A stretch of 64,000 nucleotides of DNA, from the NCBI RefSeq assembly GCF_963921235.1, contig NC_086103.1, positions 56,172,001 to 56,236,000 of the forward strand, given 5' to 3'. Under the pieces are notes generated by a model. It made no database searches, had not been told where the DNA came from, and worked only from the letters and a program-made list of their open reading frames with translations. Of this stretch, positions 59,790 to 64,000 are shown piece after piece (within the stretch, counting starts at the first letter, position 1; every line of letters starts with the position of its first letter). The position numbers were made by a program, and so were the translations under genes. The stretch comes from Mobula hypostoma (taxonomy: Eukaryota).

Positions 59790-62720
59790 CTTGACCACAA
59801 TACATAGGAGCAGAATTAGGCTATTACACCCATCACAACTACTCTGCCATTCCACCATGCCTGATTTATTATCCCTCTCAACCCCATTGTCATGCCTTCT
59901 CCCCATAACCTATGACACCATGGCTAACCAAGAATCTTATCAATCTCCTTTTTAAATATACTTAATGACTTGGCCTCCACAGCCATCTGTGACAATGAAT
60001 TCCACAGATTCACCACTCTCTGGCTAAAGAAATTTCTACTGATATCTGTTCTAAATGGACATCCCTCTATTCTGGCTGTGTCCTCTGGTCTTAGGCTCCC
60101 ATGAGTTATACGGCTCTTGTTACATGCATGTGCAGGTCTACTCTTTGAGTGAAAATGCAGAAAGTTTGAAGTTAATAACTCATCTCCTACCTTGGGCTGC
60201 GAACCTATCAATCACCCCTGCTGTGGACCACTTCTGGAGGTCCAAGACACCGACCTCTACAAAGAAGGGATCCATATGCTCCACGACTGCTGAACTAAGT
60301 GTGTAAACGTAGGAAAAATAAATGTGCTAGGTTTTCTAAAATTGACTCCTTCTACCTTAGGCCATGAACTTATCAATCACCCCTTGTATAATGTAAAAAG
60401 AAGCAGTCCCAACATAGACCCCTGTGAAACACCACTAGTCACTGGCAGCCAACCAGAAAAGGCTCCCTTTATTCCTACTCTTTGCCTCCTGCCAATCAGC
60501 TACTGCTCTATCCATGCTAGTAGCTTTCCTGTATTACCTTGGACTCTTAACTTGTTAAACAGCCTGACGTGTGGCACCTTGTTAAAGGCCTACTGAAAAT
60601 CCAAGTACACAACTTCCACCAATTCTCCTTTTGTCTGTCCTTCTTGTTATTTCTTCAAAAATTCCATCAGATCTGTTAGGCAAGATTTTCCCTTAAGGAA
60701 GCCATGCTGAGTTCAGCCTATTTTATCTCGTGGCTCCAAATATCCCGAAATCACATCCTTAACAATCCACTGCCAATATCTTCCAACCACTGAGAGCTGA
60801 ATAATTGGCCTGTGATATCCTTTTTTTTTGCCTCTCTTCTTTCTTGAAGAGTGGAGTGACATTTGAAATTTTCCTGTCCTCGGAACCATGCCAGAATTCG
60901 TTGATTGATGAAAGATCATTAATAATGCCTCCCCAATCTCTTCAACCACCTCTTTCAGAACCCTGGGTTGTAGACCATCTGGTCCAGGTGACTTACCTAC
61001 CTTTAGATCTTTCAGTTTCTCAAACACCTTCTACTGAGTAATGGCAACTTCACTCCCTTCTGACCTTGACACTCTTGAACTTCTGGCATATTGCTAGTAT
61101 CTTCCACGGTGAAGGCTAATGCAAAATATTTATTCAGTTCATCTGCCATTTCCTTGTCCTCCATTACTATCTCTCCAGCATCATTTTCCAGTGGTCCAAT
61201 ATCTGCTCTTGCCTCTCTTTTACACTTTATACATCTGAAGAAACTTTTGGTATCCACTTTAATATTATTGACTAGCTTACCTTTGTATTTCATTTTTTTT
61301 TCCCTTATTTATGCCTTTTTAGTTGCCTTTAAAAGCTTGCTAATCCTCTAACTCCCCACTAATTTTTGGTCTGTTATATGCCCTCTCTTTGGCTTTGACT
61401 TTTCTTGTCAGCCATAGTTGTGTCACCCTGCCTTTAGAATACTTATTTTTCTTTGGGATGTGCAGTATCTATTCTGTGCCTTCCAAATTACTCTCAGAAA
61501 CTCCAGCCATAGTTGTTCTGCTGTAATCCCTGCTGGTGTTCCCTTTCAATCAATTCCCTTTACTCCATTGTTATACTGATACATCTGACTTCAACTTCTT
61601 CTCAAATTGCAGGTGAATTCTATCATATGATCACTGGCCCCTAAGAGTTCCTTTACCTTAAACTCTAAACAATTCTGGTTTGTTGCACAACACCCAATCC
61701 AGAATAGCTAATACCCCTAGTGGGCTCAACCATGAGCTGCTCTAAAAAGCTATCTTGTAGACATTCTGGAAATTCCCCCTCTTGGGATCCAGCACCAACC
61801 TAATTTTCCCAATCTACCTGCATATTAAAATCCCCCATGACTATCATAACATTGTCCTTTTATCATGTAATTTGTAGACCACATCTCGCTACATTATACA
61901 ACTCCCGTCAGGGTCTCATTATCCTTGCAGTTTCTTATCTCTACCCACAACTATTCTCCACCTTCCGATCCTATGTCACCTCTTCAAGAGACTTGATTTC
62001 ATTTTTTACCAACAGAGCTAATCCACCCCCTCTGCCTACTTGCCTGTCCTTTCGATACAATGTGTATCCATGGATGTTAAGCTCCCAGGTATAATCTTCT
62101 TTCAGCCATGATTCAATGATGCCACAATGTCATACATGCCCATCTGTAACTGCTACAAGTTCATTTACCTTATTCTATATACTGTGTGCATTCAAACATA
62201 ACACCTTCAGTCCTGCATTCATCACCCTTTTCAATTTTGCCCCCCTTTTGATTGCAACTCATCCCTTTTACTGCAATTTTGTCCTATCATCAGCCTGTCC
62301 TTGCTAGCAGTCTCACTATATACTCCTTCTGTTTGTAAACCAACTACCGCATCCTCAGCCCAATTACTCCAGCTGCCATCCTCCTGCCAACTTAGCTTAA
62401 ACCCTCCAAAACCAATCTAGAAAACCTGCTGCTCTCCCTCCTTGAGAATCTGCTGCAGCCACTCTGAGATGTGCTAGACCCGAGCACTTGGGAAACAGCA
62501 CACCATCCTGGCTTCTCTTTCATGGCCACAGAATCAACTGGTCATCCCCTTAGCTATTGAGTCCCCTAGCACTAACATCCTGACTTTACCTTTGTTTGCT
62601 ACTGGCTACTGGCTAATGCAGCTGGCCTTGCTGTGCCCTGATGGGTCAAACACCCCCTGCCCCAAAGCAGTGTCCAAAGGGATATGCTTGTTGCTGAGTG
62701 GAATGGCCATATTCTGTTCC
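59790..62720 (-). mobile_element. Long decayed CR1 LINE
   Basis: KSPGPDGL.PRVLKE, EMADELNKYF..FTVED and FFSQRVVNLWNSL motifs. Confidence 0.85.
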
Positions 62721-63619
62721 ATCTCAAATCTAAATGTCTGATCAGCTTATTTTGAGGCTGTGACCTCTAGTTCTAAAAATCTCATTTAGAGGCAACATTA
62801 TCTACCCCATTAAGAGCTATGAGAATACCATTTGAGCTTCTAATTTCAAGGGAATATTGGGTCAGTCTGCTTAAGTTTTCTTCATCAGAAAATCCAATCA
62901 TATGAATCTATAGGTAGTAGTCCTTTATACAATTCCAGTATGCCATCTTTGCATTTGAATCCCCTTGCAGTTTTTAATATCCTGTTGCGCCTGCACATTA
63001 CCTTTCAATGATCTGTATATAAGGACATTTAGGTTCCTTCAAACATTTAGGTGTTTCAATTTCACATCATTTAAAAAATACTCTGCTTTTTTTTTGTTGT
63101 CAATATGTGACATCACATTACTTAGCCTGTGTAAATCCTTGGCATCTTACAATATATACTTCAACCTTGTCTAATTTGTTCATTATATCCTGAAAGATTT
63201 CATAGGGATTGGCTGACTAGCAAGAGGCAAAGAGAGGAATAAAGGGGGGCTTTGCTGATTAGGTGCTGGTGACTAGTGGTGGTCTGTAAGAGTTGGTGTT
63301 GGGACCTCCTCTTTTCACATTGTATGGTACTGTGCACAAGTCTCAGGCACCATGTATAAAAAAATCTGTAAAGTGAAGATGCTTTCAAAAATAATGAAAT
63401 ATAAAGTTTCTAAATGTAAAAAATTACTATAAAGAGCAGGAAACAGTAAAAACAAAACCTAAATCAAATCAATATTTGGTGTGACCACCCTTTGCCTTCA
63501 AAACTGAATACATTCTCTTAGGTACCCTATCATGCAGTTTATAAGAAAATCAGTTGGTAGGTTGTTTCAAGCATCTTGGAAATCTTGCCACAGCTCTTAT
63601 ACAAATTTTGCAGAACTTT

Positions 63620-64000
63620 GAGTAGGAGTTTGTTTACCAAAGTTTGTGAGACGATAGTCTTGAATGCTGAACTGAAATTCAGAAGCAGCATCCTGACATA
63701 AATGTTCTTGTTTTCTAGGGGTGTCAGGGCCAGGTGCATGGCAGATATGCTGTTGCATCTGTTGTAGAGCAGTTTTGTCAGTAATTTAATTGGTGAGTGT
63801 CCAGTGTGGCAGAAATTGTCTTTGATATGTGCCATGATCAGCTGTTCAAAGCACCTCATAATGATTGGCATCATTGCCACTGGGAGGTGTTCATTTAGTT
63901 CTGAAGGTGTAGAGTTATTTAATACAGGGATGATGGTGGCTGATTTGAAGCATTTAGGGACAGCAGCCTGGATGATTGAAGTGTTGAAGATGTCAGTATG
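63620..64000 (-). mobile_element. Rex1/Babar LINE fragment
   Basis: IIMRCFEQLIMAHIK and YVRMLLLNFSSAFKTI motifs. Confidence 0.7.

Overview
Vertebrate nuclear DNA, most likely from a cartilaginous fish (inferred from the repeat families: HE1-like V-SINE, CR1, Rex1/Babar, Penelope; not verified). It holds the block orthologous to human 5q35: HIGD2A(-) exon 1, head-to-head with a complete 5-exon NOP16(+); a disrupted ARL10/ARL9-family gene(-) with a frameshift and a premature stop; and the CpG-island promoter plus first six coding exons of KIAA1191/P33MONOX(+). Most other sequence is transposon-derived. This includes a full-length but decayed Gmr1-type Gypsy LTR element (integrase before RT, tRNA-Pro PBS, GTAG TSD), a solo LTR, Harbinger and Tigger DNA elements, CR1, Rex/Babar, RTE and Hero LINE pieces, SINEs, and several Penelope-like fold-back insertions. 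Main points of interest: (1) minimal type-I hammerhead ribozymes in the Penelope termini, one sense-oriented in a KIAA1191 intron; (2) a TSD-bounded Penelope unit that appears to have captured an exon-like host fragment; (3) apparent ARL10 gene loss, interleaved with further orphan exon-like blocks; (4) a partial duplication of NOP16 exon 2. All identifications are by eye; no database search was run.
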